Notes: generated by a model not told the origin, from the sequence alone. A stretch of 64,000 nucleotides of DNA from Acidimicrobiia bacterium (GCA_965215185.1 OZ244034.1:2759844-2823843); one strand, 5' to 3'. Shown: positions 28,801-39,057, numbered from the stretch's first letter. Program-made: numbers and translations.

Positions 28801-30268
28801 TGCTCAACTCATCTATGACCTAAAAACCTTCAAGCCAACGGTCAAGGTCTCTGTCAAACTGGTCTCCGAGCCGGGGGTGGGCACCATCGCGGCGGGAGTA
28901 GTCAAAGCCCAAGCGGATGTGGTACTGATTTCGGGCGCCGAGGGAGGCACTGGCGCTTCGCCTCTGGAGTCGATCAAACACGCCGGCTCCCCCTGGGAGC
29001 TGGGTTTGGCGGAAGCCCATCAGACCCTAACCGCTGACGGCTTGAGGGGTGGAGTGGAGTTGGAGACCGACGGGGGGCTTCGCACCGGACGGGATATGGT
29101 CATCGCGGCCCTGCTGGGCGCTGATCGCTTCGGGTTCGGAACCCTGCCCCTCCTGGCTCTGGGCTGCAAGATGGTGCGACAATGCCATCTCAACACCTGT
29201 CCGGTGGGGATTGCCACCCAGCGGGAGGATCTGCGGGCCAAGTACACCGGGAAGGTGGAGCAGGTGGTAGGGGTCTTTCGGATGCTGGCCGAAGAGGCCA
29301 GACGTTACCTGGCGCTTTTGGGCACCCGCAACGTGGAGGAGGTGATCGGGAGATCCGATCTACTGGCGCCGGTTGATCATCCCCTGGCCGCCAGTCTCGG
29401 CCCATTGCTGGCGCGGTCCGACTCCCGACCCCGCCACCCGGGATTCCGCAGCTTCCAGATTTCCAAGCTGTCTCGGCGACTGGCGGAAGAAGCGAAAGAA
29501 GCGATCGAGGGGGGAGTCCCCATCCACATGTCCTATCCCATCTCCAACACCGACCGCACGGTAGGCGCTCGGCTGTCGGGGATGGTTACTTCCCGATGGG
29601 GCTTGGAAGGTTTGCCCAAAGACTCGGTTTCGGTGACATTGTCTGGCACGGCCGGGCAGAGCTTTGGCGCCTGGTTGGCGCCCGGCATCTCTCTGCGCCT
29701 GGATGGCGTAGCCAACGACTATGTGGGCAAGGGCATGGGAGGAGGACGGATCGTGGTGGTGCCCCGCCGGACCGAGAGCAACCCCGAGGCGGTTCCCCAT
29801 GTCGCCGGCAATGCCGTGATGTATGGCGCCACCGGGGGAAACCTTTTCATGTCAGGGACGGTCGGCCAGCGGTTTGCCGTCCGAAACTCGGGCGGAACCG
29901 CGGTGGTGGAGGGTTGCTCTGACCACGGCTGCGAATACATGACAGGAGGCACGGTGGTGATCCTGGGCCCGGTTGGCGGCAATTTCGCGGCGGGAATGAC
30001 CGGCGGTGTGAGCTACGTATGGGACCCAGACTTCCGGCTGCAGGGGTTTCTGGCAGATACTTCTCCGGCGGTCCGAAGACCCACCGACCAGGACACGAAG
30101 GAGATTCGGCGCTTGGTGACCCTTTATCGCCAGCACACCAAGAGTCCGGTGGCGGAGCGGATCTTGAACTCCTGGTCGCGGGAAGCGAGTCGTTTTTGGG
30201 TTCTTGAAGCGGCTCGAAGGGTTCCGCTGAGTCCCACTCAGCCGCTATTGGCCTCGGTTCGCCCCTGA
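25898..30268 (+). CDS. gltB: Glutamate synthase large subunit
   Basis: DACGVG N-terminal Cys, HQRYSTNT, HNGEINT, WDGPA, IKMAQGSKPGEGGQLPG, CKMVRQCHLNTC cluster motif and GXGXG C-terminal domain. Start at 25880 or 25898. Confidence 0.97.
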   Translation: MNKRNSRFHDACGVGLIADRSLAPSYRLTRLAVECLVRLDHRGAKTADGTGDGAGLLTQIPRRLLNRYLSGMGVTAPKRLGVVMAFLPAEDPRPGEELVEEALLKEKMPLLAWRSVPTDPDSLSPRARRLMPVIRQALVSLPGDLDSEDVERRLFLARKRMERTGESLQSFSIPSASARTVVYKGLFTARRISDFYWDLVDPDYETSFAIFHQRYSTNTSPAWEIAQPFRSLAHNGEINTISANRSWMKARERSVRSRIWGDRLKDLRPFVQPGLSDSASLDNVFELLLRSGRSLSHVKEMLIPPVWDQVFTVEPEIQDFYEYHSSLTEPWDGPASVAVTDGISLLAGMDRNGLRPARWTITPDMLIVASEAGVCPSEEAKAERTGQLGPGETVLFDGETGRIRFSDEIRAELSGRRPYGEWTEHQTLYVQKPFSAHERFEIEHERLCRVFGYTAEEHRLILADMALGKSPLGSMGSDTPLAAFSGRPRRLSHYFHQLFAQVTNPPMDPIREKAMMSLRTYLGGRGSFLADSYRPFARMELMSPVLSLAELEMVVRSGDPRLFSHWIPCVWPVEEGQEGMKRRLDQICEEAVEATEQGASIIVLSDREVDSAHAPTPMMLAVGAVHRCLIERGLRLQVSIVAVSGETRDSHDLACLVAYGASAVNPYLAIREIMNMAHDGVLRVNPVEAQENYRNALQNGLLKVMSKMGICTVSAYRGSELFEALGLDTEVLEFAFPNTPSRLSGRGFDHLAWNTLRLHSLYTSGTEDPGGFYKQRGRGEFHVTSPSVVLSLQRAARSGNQEDWDRYLKTIQQRPVTHIRDLLTFVEQTPVRLSEVEPAESIMRRFVTSAMSHGALSKEAHEALAQAMTLIGGNSNSGEGGEGPERYGTPRNSSIKQVASGRFGVTPGYLHSASELQIKMAQGSKPGEGGQLPGHKVSPEIARLRHTKPGVTLISPPPHHDIYSIEDLAQLIYDLKTFKPTVKVSVKLVSEPGVGTIAAGVVKAQADVVLISGAEGGTGASPLESIKHAGSPWELGLAEAHQTLTADGLRGGVELETDGGLRTGRDMVIAALLGADRFGFGTLPLLALGCKMVRQCHLNTCPVGIATQREDLRAKYTGKVEQVVGVFRMLAEEARRYLALLGTRNVEEVIGRSDLLAPVDHPLAASLGPLLARSDSRPRHPGFRSFQISKLSRRLAEEAKEAIEGGVPIHMSYPISNTDRTVGARLSGMVTSRWGLEGLPKDSVSVTLSGTAGQSFGAWLAPGISLRLDGVANDYVGKGMGGGRIVVVPRRTESNPEAVPHVAGNAVMYGATGGNLFMSGTVGQRFAVRNSGGTAVVEGCSDHGCEYMTGGTVVILGPVGGNFAAGMTGGVSYVWDPDFRLQGFLADTSPAVRRPTDQDTKEIRRLVTLYRQHTKSPVAERILNSWSREASRFWVLEAARRVPLSPTQPLLASVRP

Positions 30269-30348
30269 GAGACAAAAACGGGCGATGCGGGGCCGCCGGG
30301 AGGATGGTAGTATTTTAATGACCAACGGCCATTTGGTGAAAGAGGTGT

Positions 30349-31764
30349 TTGGTGGCAACTGTTGATATTGATCTGGGAGCCTACAAGCTGGGATGGCACG
30401 ACTCCGAGGAAGACTACGTCTTCAAACCGGAAAAGGGCCTTTCGGAGGAGATAATCCGGCAGATGTCGGCTATGAAGGAAGAACCGGAGTGGATGCTCTC
30501 CTTCCGGTTACGCGCCTACAAGCACTTTCTGGCCAAACCCATCCCCACCTGGGGAGGGGGAGGCCAGCTCGACGAGATCGATTTCAACAACATCTATTAC
30601 TACGTAAAGCCCACCGAGACACAGGCCCACACCTGGGATATGGTTCCCGAGGAGATCAAGGCCACCTACGAGAAGCTGGGAATCCCCCAGGCGGAGCGTA
30701 AGTTTCTGGCAGGCGTCACCGCCCAATACGAGTCGGAGGTGGTGTATCACCGAAACCGGGACGACTTGGAAGAATTGGGCGTGTTGTTCTGTGACATGGA
30801 CACCGCAGTGCGGGAATATCCCGACCTGGTCAGAAAGTATTTCGGGACGATCATCCCTCCCAACGACAACAAATTCGCCGCTCTCAACTCCTCCGTTTGG
30901 TCGGGAGGTTCCTTCATCTATGTTCCTCCGGGCGTGCATGTCGACCAGCCACTGCAGGCCTATTTCCGGATCAACTCCGAGAACATGGGCCAGTTCGAGC
31001 GGACTCTGATCATCGTTGACGAGGGCGCCTACTGCCACTATGTGGAGGGTTGCTCGGCCCCCGTTTACACCACCGACTCTCTCCATTCGGCGGTGGTGGA
31101 GATTGCTGTCCTCCGAGGTGGACGCTGTCGATACACCACCATTCAAAACTGGTCCAACAACGTCTTCAACCTGGTAACCAAACGGGCCGCGGCCTATGCC
31201 GACGCCACTATGGAATGGGTGGACGGCAATATAGGATCGCGCCTGACCATGAAGTATCCGGCGGTGTGGCTAATGGAGCCGGGCGCCCATGGGGAAGTGC
31301 TGTCCATAGCCTTTGCCAGCTCGGGACAGCATCAGGATGCAGGGGCCAAGATGGTTCATGTCGCTCCGGACACGACTTCCACCATTGTCTCCAAGTCGAT
31401 CTGCCGAGCGGGCGGCCGGGCGGGATATCGAGGTCTGGTGAGGGTGGAGCCGGGCGCGGAGCGATCGAAGAGCTTTGTGCGCTGCGATGCCTTGATTCTG
31501 GACGAAGAGTCTCGTTCTGACACATATCCCTACATGGAGATCGAGGAAAATGATGCCGAGATCGGTCATGAGGCGACCGTTTCCAAGGTGGGAGAGGAGC
31601 AGTTGTTCTATCTCATGAGCCGAGGCCTCAGCGAGGATCAGGCCACCTCAATGGTGGTGGCCGGGTTCATCGAGCCGATAGTGAAAGAACTCCCGATGGA
31701 GTATGCGGTGGAGATGAATCGTCTCATCGAGTTGAACATGGCCGAGTCGGGCGCCGTCGGCTGA
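30349..31764 (+). CDS. sufB: Fe-S cluster assembly scaffold
   Basis: [39 protein letters not shown] and HEATVSK motifs. Confidence 0.97.
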   Translation: MVATVDIDLGAYKLGWHDSEEDYVFKPEKGLSEEIIRQMSAMKEEPEWMLSFRLRAYKHFLAKPIPTWGGGGQLDEIDFNNIYYYVKPTETQAHTWDMVPEEIKATYEKLGIPQAERKFLAGVTAQYESEVVYHRNRDDLEELGVLFCDMDTAVREYPDLVRKYFGTIIPPNDNKFAALNSSVWSGGSFIYVPPGVHVDQPLQAYFRINSENMGQFERTLIIVDEGAYCHYVEGCSAPVYTTDSLHSAVVEIAVLRGGRCRYTTIQNWSNNVFNLVTKRAAAYADATMEWVDGNIGSRLTMKYPAVWLMEPGAHGEVLSIAFASSGQHQDAGAKMVHVAPDTTSTIVSKSICRAGGRAGYRGLVRVEPGAERSKSFVRCDALILDEESRSDTYPYMEIEENDAEIGHEATVSKVGEEQLFYLMSRGLSEDQATSMVVAGFIEPIVKELPMEYAVEMNRLIELNMAESGAVG

Positions 31765-31789
31765 ACAGCCCCGGAGACCTTTTGGGGTT

Positions 31790-32077
31790 CTAGCTGGAGG
31801 TAGGTGGGCGAGCAGATCGCCCGGACCGGCGTCCGCCAATCAGATTGAGCAACGCCACGAACAGTGCTGCTCCGATTACCGCCCAAATCACCGGGAAACC
31901 TCTGATTTCCCAAAGGGTTGGCCAACCCAGCAGGCCGGCCAACCAGGAACCCAGAAGGGAACCAACCCAACCCAAGACGACGGAGGCCCAACAACCTGTG
32001 GTGGGACTGCCGGCCAGTCTGGCGCCGACCGCTCCGGCGAACGCGGCGATCACCACCGAAAACAGAAAGCCGAACAT
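31790..32077 (-). CDS. GlsB/YeaQ/YmgE family small membrane protein
   Basis: Gly-rich hydrophobic hairpins (VVLGWVGSLLGSWL; WAVIGAALFV). Confidence 0.8.
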   Translation of the reverse strand: MFGFLFSVVIAAFAGAVGARLAGSPTTGCWASVVLGWVGSLLGSWLAGLLGWPTLWEIRGFPVIWAVIGAALFVALLNLIGGRRSGRSARPPTSS

Positions 32078-32115
32078 CAGGTATACCTTAACCCCGGTGT
32101 TACCTAATCTCGATA

Positions 32116-33609
32116 GTGAATATGTCTTGGCGCAGGCTCTGGACCCGCAGGTTGTTGACCTTGATCACCCTCGGTTGGGTGATTTGGATGTTGTGGCTGA
32201 TTTTCGATGACAATCAGCCCTTTACTCTCTATGTGTTGGATGACGATGGGCTGGGGATAGGGGATGCAACGGTCCTCCATGATGGGGAGGTGGTGAATGT
32301 CACCGATCTAGAGGGATCAGCCGTATTGGATTGGGTGCCGGATGGGCGCCGATATGTCCTGATCTCCCCGGGCCACCTACAGAAAACGGTCACCGTCGCC
32401 GGTCCGCCTCAGAGTTCTCTGGCCGTTCATCTCCGGCCGCGGACGCTGCGAGGAAGAGTGACCGACCCCAATCAGATTCCTGTTGAAGGGGCGCTGGTGA
32501 GTTCGGGGTCGGTGAGAACCCTTACCGGCGGCGACGGAAGGTTCATCCTGGAGAGGGTGGAAGAGGGCGAGATTGATGTGACCCGGCCGGCTTGGATCGG
32601 CGCCACGTATCAATGGGACGGCGGTCCGGGAGACACCGAACTGATCATCTCCCAACTCGTGGTGAGGGCAGTGCATGTAGCGGCGGGCGTGGCCGGAGAT
32701 CGGGTGGAATGGGATGCCATGGTGAAGCTTGTGCAGGAGACCGAGTTGAACGGGGTGATGTTGGATATCAAAGACGAAACGGGACAGGTCTTTTACGATT
32801 CCCAGGTCGAGTTGGCCCGGGAGGTGAGAGCGGTGAATCCACAATACGACTTGGGGGGATTGGCCGACCAACTGGAGCGACAGGGCATTTATCTTATCGG
32901 CAGAATCGTGGCTTTCCAGGACCCCACCGCCAGTTTGAAAAAGCCGACCATGGCCGTATGGGACTCCCAACTGGGCCAGCCCTATCGGCAGGGACATCAG
33001 TACTTCTTGGATCCCACCGATCCCCAGGCCCGTGCCTACGCGCTGGATTTGGCGGTGGAGACATGCGGTTTGGGAGTGGATGAAATCCAATTCGACTACA
33101 TAAGGTTTCCCGACTCGCGCCGACCATCGGCCATTTTCGATGGGCCCATCGACTCCGAGTCACGGGTGGCCACCATCAACTCCTTCCTGGAAGAGGCACG
33201 GGCTCTGCTGTGGCCGATGGGATGTGCAGTGGCGGCGGACATCTTCGGATTTCTGACCACCGTGCCCGATGACGGGGGTATCGGCCAGCAGTGGGAGAGA
33301 ATCACCCGGGTGTTGGATGTCGTCTCACCCATGCTCTATCCCAGCCACTACGACGACGGGTGGTTCGGCTATGACAAGCCCAACAGCCATCCCGGCGGAG
33401 TGGTTAATGCGGCATTGGAGGACGCCGTTGCCCGGATGCAAACCGGGGTGGTGATTCGTCCCTGGCTGCAGGACTTTGGTCATCGAGATGACCAGGTCCG
33501 GTCATCTATAGATGCCGCTGAAGGGTTTAACCTGGGCTGGATGCTGTGGAACCCGGTAAGCGAAGTGTCCACGGGCGCGCTTAGATCCCAGGACGCACCC
33601 GGGAGCTGA
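32116..33609 (+). CDS. Membrane-anchored putative glycoside hydrolase (DUF4015-like) with carboxypeptidase-regulatory-like domain
   Basis: N-terminal TM, LRGRVTD...VEGALV, then LNGVMLDIKDE, RIVAFQD, DEIQFDYIRFP, PMLYPSHY and RPWLQDF. Confidence 0.8.
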   Translation: MNMSWRRLWTRRLLTLITLGWVIWMLWLIFDDNQPFTLYVLDDDGLGIGDATVLHDGEVVNVTDLEGSAVLDWVPDGRRYVLISPGHLQKTVTVAGPPQSSLAVHLRPRTLRGRVTDPNQIPVEGALVSSGSVRTLTGGDGRFILERVEEGEIDVTRPAWIGATYQWDGGPGDTELIISQLVVRAVHVAAGVAGDRVEWDAMVKLVQETELNGVMLDIKDETGQVFYDSQVELAREVRAVNPQYDLGGLADQLERQGIYLIGRIVAFQDPTASLKKPTMAVWDSQLGQPYRQGHQYFLDPTDPQARAYALDLAVETCGLGVDEIQFDYIRFPDSRRPSAIFDGPIDSESRVATINSFLEEARALLWPMGCAVAADIFGFLTTVPDDGGIGQQWERITRVLDVVSPMLYPSHYDDGWFGYDKPNSHPGGVVNAALEDAVARMQTGVVIRPWLQDFGHRDDQVRSSIDAAEGFNLGWMLWNPVSEVSTGALRSQDAPGS

Positions 33610-33995
33610 GGCGCTGGCATTTTCTGCCTGCTCCCCGCGCCCGCCAGTCCCATAGGAAACGCCCAAGAGTCGACCATCAGCATTTCGCCCAGGGAACAAA
33701 GGAGTCAAAACCCGTGCTGTTTGTGGGAAGAGTGCCGCTGCGGTGGGACCTGCTGGGCACAGCCCGTATCAATGATCGCAAAATCGAGGCGGTGTCCCGA
33801 TCGCAGCGGTCTCTGATCACTTCGCTAGCGAGTCGGGATGCCGGCCGGCGCGTTCCTATGCAAAGTCACGGCGAATCCCGTACGTCTGGAGACTATGCCC
33901 GGCTCCCGTCTTTCCGCTATCTGAGAGCGCGGTGAATATGGCTACCATCCGCGTCTTGATGGAGCCAGCGGCAAATCGGAAGGTGGTGACGGTCA

Positions 33996-34376
33996 GTGAG
34001 TGATAACGGCCTTTTCGGACATCTCACCATGCTTCAGCATGTGAACTTACCGACAACCGATTTGGCTGTGGCCAGGGAGTTCTATATCGAAAAGCTCGGT
34101 CTGCCTGAACTTCCACGCCCAGATTTCGGGGTCCCTGGAGTCTGGGTGGGGGCCGGACCGAAGCATGCCATTCACATCTTGGAGGTGTACGCGGTGGGAT
34201 CGAATGCCAACAATCATTTTGCCCTGGAGGTCGAGAGGTTGGATGAGCTATTGCGCCGGCTAACCGCCCGGGGAGTGGAGCATAATCGTGCACGCCATAC
34301 GCCCGGCGCCGGCCATCAGGCATTTATCCGAGACCCGGACGGAAACGTCATAGAGTTGATACAACCTCCCGGTTGA
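33996..34376 (+). CDS. VOC/glyoxalase family protein
   Basis: LQHVNL, AREFY, HFALEV and RDPDGNVIEL motifs. Confidence 0.88.
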   Translation: MSDNGLFGHLTMLQHVNLPTTDLAVAREFYIEKLGLPELPRPDFGVPGVWVGAGPKHAIHILEVYAVGSNANNHFALEVERLDELLRRLTARGVEHNRARHTPGAGHQAFIRDPDGNVIELIQPPG

Positions 34377-35356
34377 TCGGGACGGCAGCCATGGTCAGGA
34401 ATCGCACTTTCGGGGAGGCCAGTTTGGAGATACCCAGCGACGCCCCTGCCGGAGTGCTCGCATTCAACGCTGAACTTGAGAGGGACACTCGTCATCTTCC
34501 CAAGATTTCGGACGTGGGCCCGGTGGTTGCCCGACAGGCTCGGGAGGAGGGCAAATCGGTGTTCGGACCTTTGGTGTACTCGGACCGTGCTTCTGAGAAG
34601 GTGGTGGAAGGTCCATTCGGACCGCTCCGCTTCCGAGTTATACCACCCGTTGGTCGGCCTCGTGGGGTTTTCTTGCACATTCATGGCGGGGGGTGGGTGG
34701 TGGGCGGCCCCCACCATCATGACCCGATGCTGGAAAGACTCGCCGACGCCACCGGACTGACCGTGGTATCCACCTACTATCGGTTGGCTCCTGAACACCC
34801 CTACCCGGCAGGACCGGACGACTGCGAGGCGGCGGCACTGTGGTTGCATCACAATGCTTCCGACAGCTTCGGGGCGCAACTGTTGGCCATAGGAGGAGAA
34901 TCCGCAGGCGCCCATCTGGCCGCCGTTACCTGTCTTCGGCTCAGAGACAGTCATGGGCTCGCCCCTTTCCGAGCAGCATTGCTCACCTACGGGGCATATG
35001 ACTTGCGGGGCACCCCCTCGGTGTTGGAAGCGGGAGAAGGGACATTGATTCTCACCACTTCCATCATCTCATGGTTTACAGAACAGTTCGCTGGCCACCA
35101 TGACCTATGCGACCCCGATCTCTCCCCGATATTTGCCGACCTCCGCGGTCTACCTCCGGCGTTGTTCACCGTAGGAACCATCGATCCACTGTTTGATGAT
35201 TCACTATTCATGTTCAGCCGGTGGCGGAAGGCTGCCAACCAAGCAGAACTGGCCATCTGGCCGAAGGGAATCCATGCCTTCGACTATTTCGAAAACGAAT
35301 ATGGCCGGGCGGCTCGAGAGCGTATGCACATGTTCTTGAACCGAGTCCTTAGCTGA
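34373..35356 (+). CDS. Alpha/beta hydrolase (HSL-like esterase/lipase)
   Basis: HGGGW, YRLAPEHPYPA, GESAG, DPLFDD and HAF catalytic features. Confidence 0.9.
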   Translation: MIGTAAMVRNRTFGEASLEIPSDAPAGVLAFNAELERDTRHLPKISDVGPVVARQAREEGKSVFGPLVYSDRASEKVVEGPFGPLRFRVIPPVGRPRGVFLHIHGGGWVVGGPHHHDPMLERLADATGLTVVSTYYRLAPEHPYPAGPDDCEAAALWLHHNASDSFGAQLLAIGGESAGAHLAAVTCLRLRDSHGLAPFRAALLTYGAYDLRGTPSVLEAGEGTLILTTSIISWFTEQFAGHHDLCDPDLSPIFADLRGLPPALFTVGTIDPLFDDSLFMFSRWRKAANQAELAIWPKGIHAFDYFENEYGRAARERMHMFLNRVLS

Positions 35357-35526
35357 TTCCATCTTTCCAGTCGGTCTGGGAGGGAGTCCCACAGTCTCAT
35401 GAGGGCCCCTGAGATTCGCAGATATTGTTGCCCAGGGACCCTTTCCAAACTGTGCCTCCGCCAAACCTCTTCTACCGATCCAAGCTAGTATGCGAAGCGC
35501 GTCGAGAATGGAGGCGGTGGTATGGA

Positions 35527-36579
35527 ATGGATTTATTGAACGGAGTACGGGCACGGCCGGTCAGCACTGATCGCCTTAATGCCTTCATTTACGAATCGGG
35601 ACCGGCGGACGGCATCCCGGTGGTGATGATCCACGGGAACCTCTCCACGGGACGTTTCTATGAACACCTTTGGCCGGGGGCGCCGAAACGATACCGCTTC
35701 ATAGCTCCCGACATGAGATCGTTCGGCCGTTCGGAACCTAAACCGATTGACGCCACCAGGGGCCTGCGGGACTGGGCGGATGACACTTTCGCGGTGGTGA
35801 AAGCACTCGGAATCGAACGACCCGTTCACTTGGTGGGATGGTCGACGGGCGGCGCGGCCATCGCTGCTTATGCAATGGATAAAGAGGTTGCTTCGTTGAC
35901 GTTCATAGACCCGGTGTCACCATACGGGTTCGGTGGTACTCACCGGGACGGCACCCCCTGCTATTCGGACTGGGCAGGTACTGGCGGGGGGACTGGCAAT
36001 CCTGACTTCACCGCCCGTTTAGCGGATAAAGACCGTTCGTCGGACGACGTGATGTCTCCCCGCAATGTCATGAATTCTTCCTATTGGGCGCCCAATCATC
36101 GGGAACCGTCCGATCGGGAGGACCTGCTGGTCGACGAGGTGTTGTTGTCGGTCGCGGGCGATGATGGTTATCCGGGTGACTTTGCGGCCACGGGAAACTG
36201 GCCGGGGGTGGCGGCTGGTACCCGGGGAATTCTCAACGCTCTTTCAGGCAAATACTGCAATTGGTCCAATATCGTTGACTTGGATCCGAAGCCGCCCGTG
36301 CTGTGGACGCACGGCAGCGCCGACATCGTGATCGCTGATGGATCGGCTTGGGAGATGGGTACCTTGGGGCAGGCGGGATTCGTACCCGGTTGGCCTGGAG
36401 CCGACGTGTTCCCTCCCCAGTTGATGGTTTCCCAGATCCGTGATGTCCTCAAGCAGTACCAAGGGGCTGGCGGTAGGGTTGAGATGGAGATGTTCGAAGG
36501 GTCGGGCCATGCCCCGCAGTTCGACGCCGCCCAAGATTGGGCAGAGTTGTTCTTTGAATTTCTCGCGTCGGTGGAGTAG
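35527..36579 (+). CDS. Alpha/beta hydrolase
   Basis: IHGNLST, APDMRSFGRS, GWSTGG nucleophile elbow and SGHAP. Start taken at MDLLNG. Confidence 0.88.
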   Translation: MDLLNGVRARPVSTDRLNAFIYESGPADGIPVVMIHGNLSTGRFYEHLWPGAPKRYRFIAPDMRSFGRSEPKPIDATRGLRDWADDTFAVVKALGIERPVHLVGWSTGGAAIAAYAMDKEVASLTFIDPVSPYGFGGTHRDGTPCYSDWAGTGGGTGNPDFTARLADKDRSSDDVMSPRNVMNSSYWAPNHREPSDREDLLVDEVLLSVAGDDGYPGDFAATGNWPGVAAGTRGILNALSGKYCNWSNIVDLDPKPPVLWTHGSADIVIADGSAWEMGTLGQAGFVPGWPGADVFPPQLMVSQIRDVLKQYQGAGGRVEMEMFEGSGHAPQFDAAQDWAELFFEFLASVE

Positions 36580-36603
36580 GAGCAGCCGGCGCCTCAGCCG
36601 CTT

Positions 36604-37344
36604 TTGAATCGGGCGCAAGACCCAATGGGGAGCACCTTCCCCCCGGCGAATGGCGGAACTGCTGCCACCGGGGAAGAACTAACTGCTGCGCTGGTCGAGT
36701 GTCGGCGGTGTGAGCGGCTGGTGGCTTGGCGGGAAAAGGTGGCGACAGAGAAAAGAGCCGCCTATCGTGAGGAGGCCTACTGGGGTCGTCCGGTGGCGGG
36801 ATTCGGGGATTGGGGCGCGCGCCTGGTGTTGGTGGGTCTGGCGCCTGCCGCCCACGGCGCCAACCGCACGGGGCGGATGTTCACCGGCGACCGATCCGGT
36901 GACTGGCTGTTCCGGGCCCTTCATCGGGCGGGGTTTGCTAACCAGGCCCACTCGGTGGGACCCGGTGACGGTCTCAGGCTCCGGGATTGCTGGGTCACAG
37001 CCTCGGTGCGGTGCGCCCCACCCAGTAACCGCCCTCTGGCCGAGGAGACCGCCAACTGCTCGGACTGGCTCACGGAGGAGTTGAGTCGTCTGCGGCGGAT
37101 GAAAGTGGTGATGGCGTTGGGCGGTCTTGCTCACAGCAATCTGCTGCGTCTGGCTCCCCGCCTGGGTTGGTCTCCGCCTCGGCCCCGACCCAGGTTCGGA
37201 CATGGAGCCATGACCGTATTGGGTGAGGGCCCGATCCTTGTCGCCTCGTATCACCCCAGCCAGCAGAACACCTTCACCGGTCGGCTCACTGAGCAGATGT
37301 TCGACGGCGTGTTCGAGATTGTCCGCCGGGTCTTGGACGGGTAA
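36604..37344 (+). CDS. Uracil-DNA glycosylase, family 5 (UdgB-like)
   Basis: CRRCERL, GLAPAAHGANRTGRMFTGDRSG, VRCAPP and SYHPSQQNT motifs. Confidence 0.92.
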   Translation: MNRAQDPMGSTFPPANGGTAATGEELTAALVECRRCERLVAWREKVATEKRAAYREEAYWGRPVAGFGDWGARLVLVGLAPAAHGANRTGRMFTGDRSGDWLFRALHRAGFANQAHSVGPGDGLRLRDCWVTASVRCAPPSNRPLAEETANCSDWLTEELSRLRRMKVVMALGGLAHSNLLRLAPRLGWSPPRPRPRFGHGAMTVLGEGPILVASYHPSQQNTFTGRLTEQMFDGVFEIVRRVLDG

Positions 37345-37462
37345 TTGTTCTGGGCGCCCGGCGCCCGAGTCTTTCGACAACCGGGCGGGAATAGCGGTTT
37401 CTGGTAATCACCAAGGTTCCGATAGCATCTGTTACTGAACTCTTGGAAGCGAATTTCAATCC

Positions 37463-38725
37463 ATGCTGAGTCTCGACAACCAAACCCTTGAGCGGTTCAG
37501 CGCCGCGGTGCCCGATTTATTGGCTTCCCAACGCCGGAATGCCCTTCACGCGTACCGTCGCCTGGCGATGCCCTCTTCGAAGGAGGAGAACTGGAAGTAC
37601 GTCAATCTCGGGTTCGATCTGGATGAGATGAGTATTCCCACCGTTCCCGGCGATCCTCTTTCCGATGACGATTTCGTGGCCGCGCTCGGTAATCGGGCGG
37701 GAACTGCGGTCATGGTGGACGGCTGGCTGATGGGAATCGAAAACGACTCACAGGCGCGGTTCGGATCGACTGTGGAGGTTTGGGCAACCGATCCCTCGCC
37801 TGATCTGCTAACCCCGGACACCGATAAATTCGCTGCTGCCGCCCTTGCCTTTTCGATTGACGGAATAACTTTGCGCATCCCTCGCAACCGGGTGGTGGAC
37901 GCACCATTCGTGATCGATGTCCAATCCACTTGCCCGGATACCGTCACCTTCCCCACTCTGACCATCAGCGCGGAGGAGAATTCCGAAGCCACGGTGGTTG
38001 TTCTGTTTCGTTCCCCGGACGGGATGTCCAGTGTGATGGTTCCCAACCTGCAAACCACGGTGGGATACGGCGCCCGTCTTTCGGTAACCACAGTCGGGAT
38101 CATGGGGACCGACGGCACCAGCGTTATGCATCATCGCTCTCGGATTGGTCGCGACGCCACCTTGCGGGTGGGAGAGATCGGTCTGGGTGGCAAGTTGGCT
38201 CGCATGGATTTGCGCACCACACTGGCGGGAACGGGAGGAAGCGTCGAGGTGGTGGGCCTGTATTTCGGAGAAAGGCAGCAGGTGTTGGATTATCGGCTGG
38301 TGGTGAACCATGTGGGTCGCTCAACCAGTTCGGACGTGTTCTTGAAGGGAGGAGTGCAAGATCAGGCCGAGTCCATCTTCACCGGCCTGCTGCGAATCGA
38401 AGAGGATGCGGCTGGAACCTCGGCCTTCGAGACCAATCGCAATCTGGTGCTCTCCGCGGGCGCCAAGGCCAACTCGGTGCCCAACCTGGAAATCCTATGC
38501 AACGATGTCATCTGTGGGCACGGGTCCAGTGTGGGGCCACTTGAGACCGAGTCTCTCTACTACCTGATGAGTCGGGGAATCAGCAAAACCCGGGCGGAAC
38601 GGGTGCTGGTGCGGGGCTTTTTTGAGGAAGCGATCAAGCGGCTTCCGCTCGATGACCTGAACCATCCGGCACGCCAGACTGTCAACCGGCGTTTCGCCGA
38701 AGCGCAGGAAGGTGGGAGAGTCTGA
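37463..38725 (+). CDS. sufD: Fe-S cluster assembly protein SufD
   Basis: EENWKY, beta-helix repeats, SVPNLEI and CGHGSSVG; shorter than SufB. Confidence 0.9.
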   Translation: MLSLDNQTLERFSAAVPDLLASQRRNALHAYRRLAMPSSKEENWKYVNLGFDLDEMSIPTVPGDPLSDDDFVAALGNRAGTAVMVDGWLMGIENDSQARFGSTVEVWATDPSPDLLTPDTDKFAAAALAFSIDGITLRIPRNRVVDAPFVIDVQSTCPDTVTFPTLTISAEENSEATVVVLFRSPDGMSSVMVPNLQTTVGYGARLSVTTVGIMGTDGTSVMHHRSRIGRDATLRVGEIGLGGKLARMDLRTTLAGTGGSVEVVGLYFGERQQVLDYRLVVNHVGRSTSSDVFLKGGVQDQAESIFTGLLRIEEDAAGTSAFETNRNLVLSAGAKANSVPNLEILCNDVICGHGSSVGPLETESLYYLMSRGISKTRAERVLVRGFFEEAIKRLPLDDLNHPARQTVNRRFAEAQEGGRV

Positions 38726-39057
38726 TGGCCTGGGTGGAGGCGGCGCGTTTGGCCGATATGGAGGAAGGAAAGGGTTTAAAGATCTGCCACGACGGCCATG
38801 TGGTGGCAGTGTTCATAGCTGAGGGAACGGTATACGCGGTGGCGGACCGATGCACGCACGCGGAGGCGTCCCTGTCAGAAGGAGAGATCTTCGATACCGA
38901 GGTGGAATGCCCTCTTCACGGCGCAGTGTTCGATTTGACAACCGGGGTGGCGCTGACCTTGCCGGCCACCCGGCCCGTCGCCACCTATCCGACGCGAGTG
39001 GAAGAGGGGAGGGTGTTGGTGAGTATTCCCGACAACGGAACGGAGGAAACCAGATGA
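38725..39057 (+). CDS. Rieske [2Fe-2S] ferredoxin
   Basis: CTHAEASL...ECPLHG..FD. Confidence 0.92.
   Translation: MAWVEAARLADMEEGKGLKICHDGHVVAVFIAEGTVYAVADRCTHAEASLSEGEIFDTEVECPLHGAVFDLTTGVALTLPATRPVATYPTRVEEGRVLVSIPDNGTEETR

Noticed and set aside
10686-30278. GAGACAAA seen in three intergenic regions (near 10686, 25234 and 30270)
   Set aside because: It is an 8-mer with no symmetry, inconsistent position relative to genes, and functionally unrelated neighbours; likely chance.
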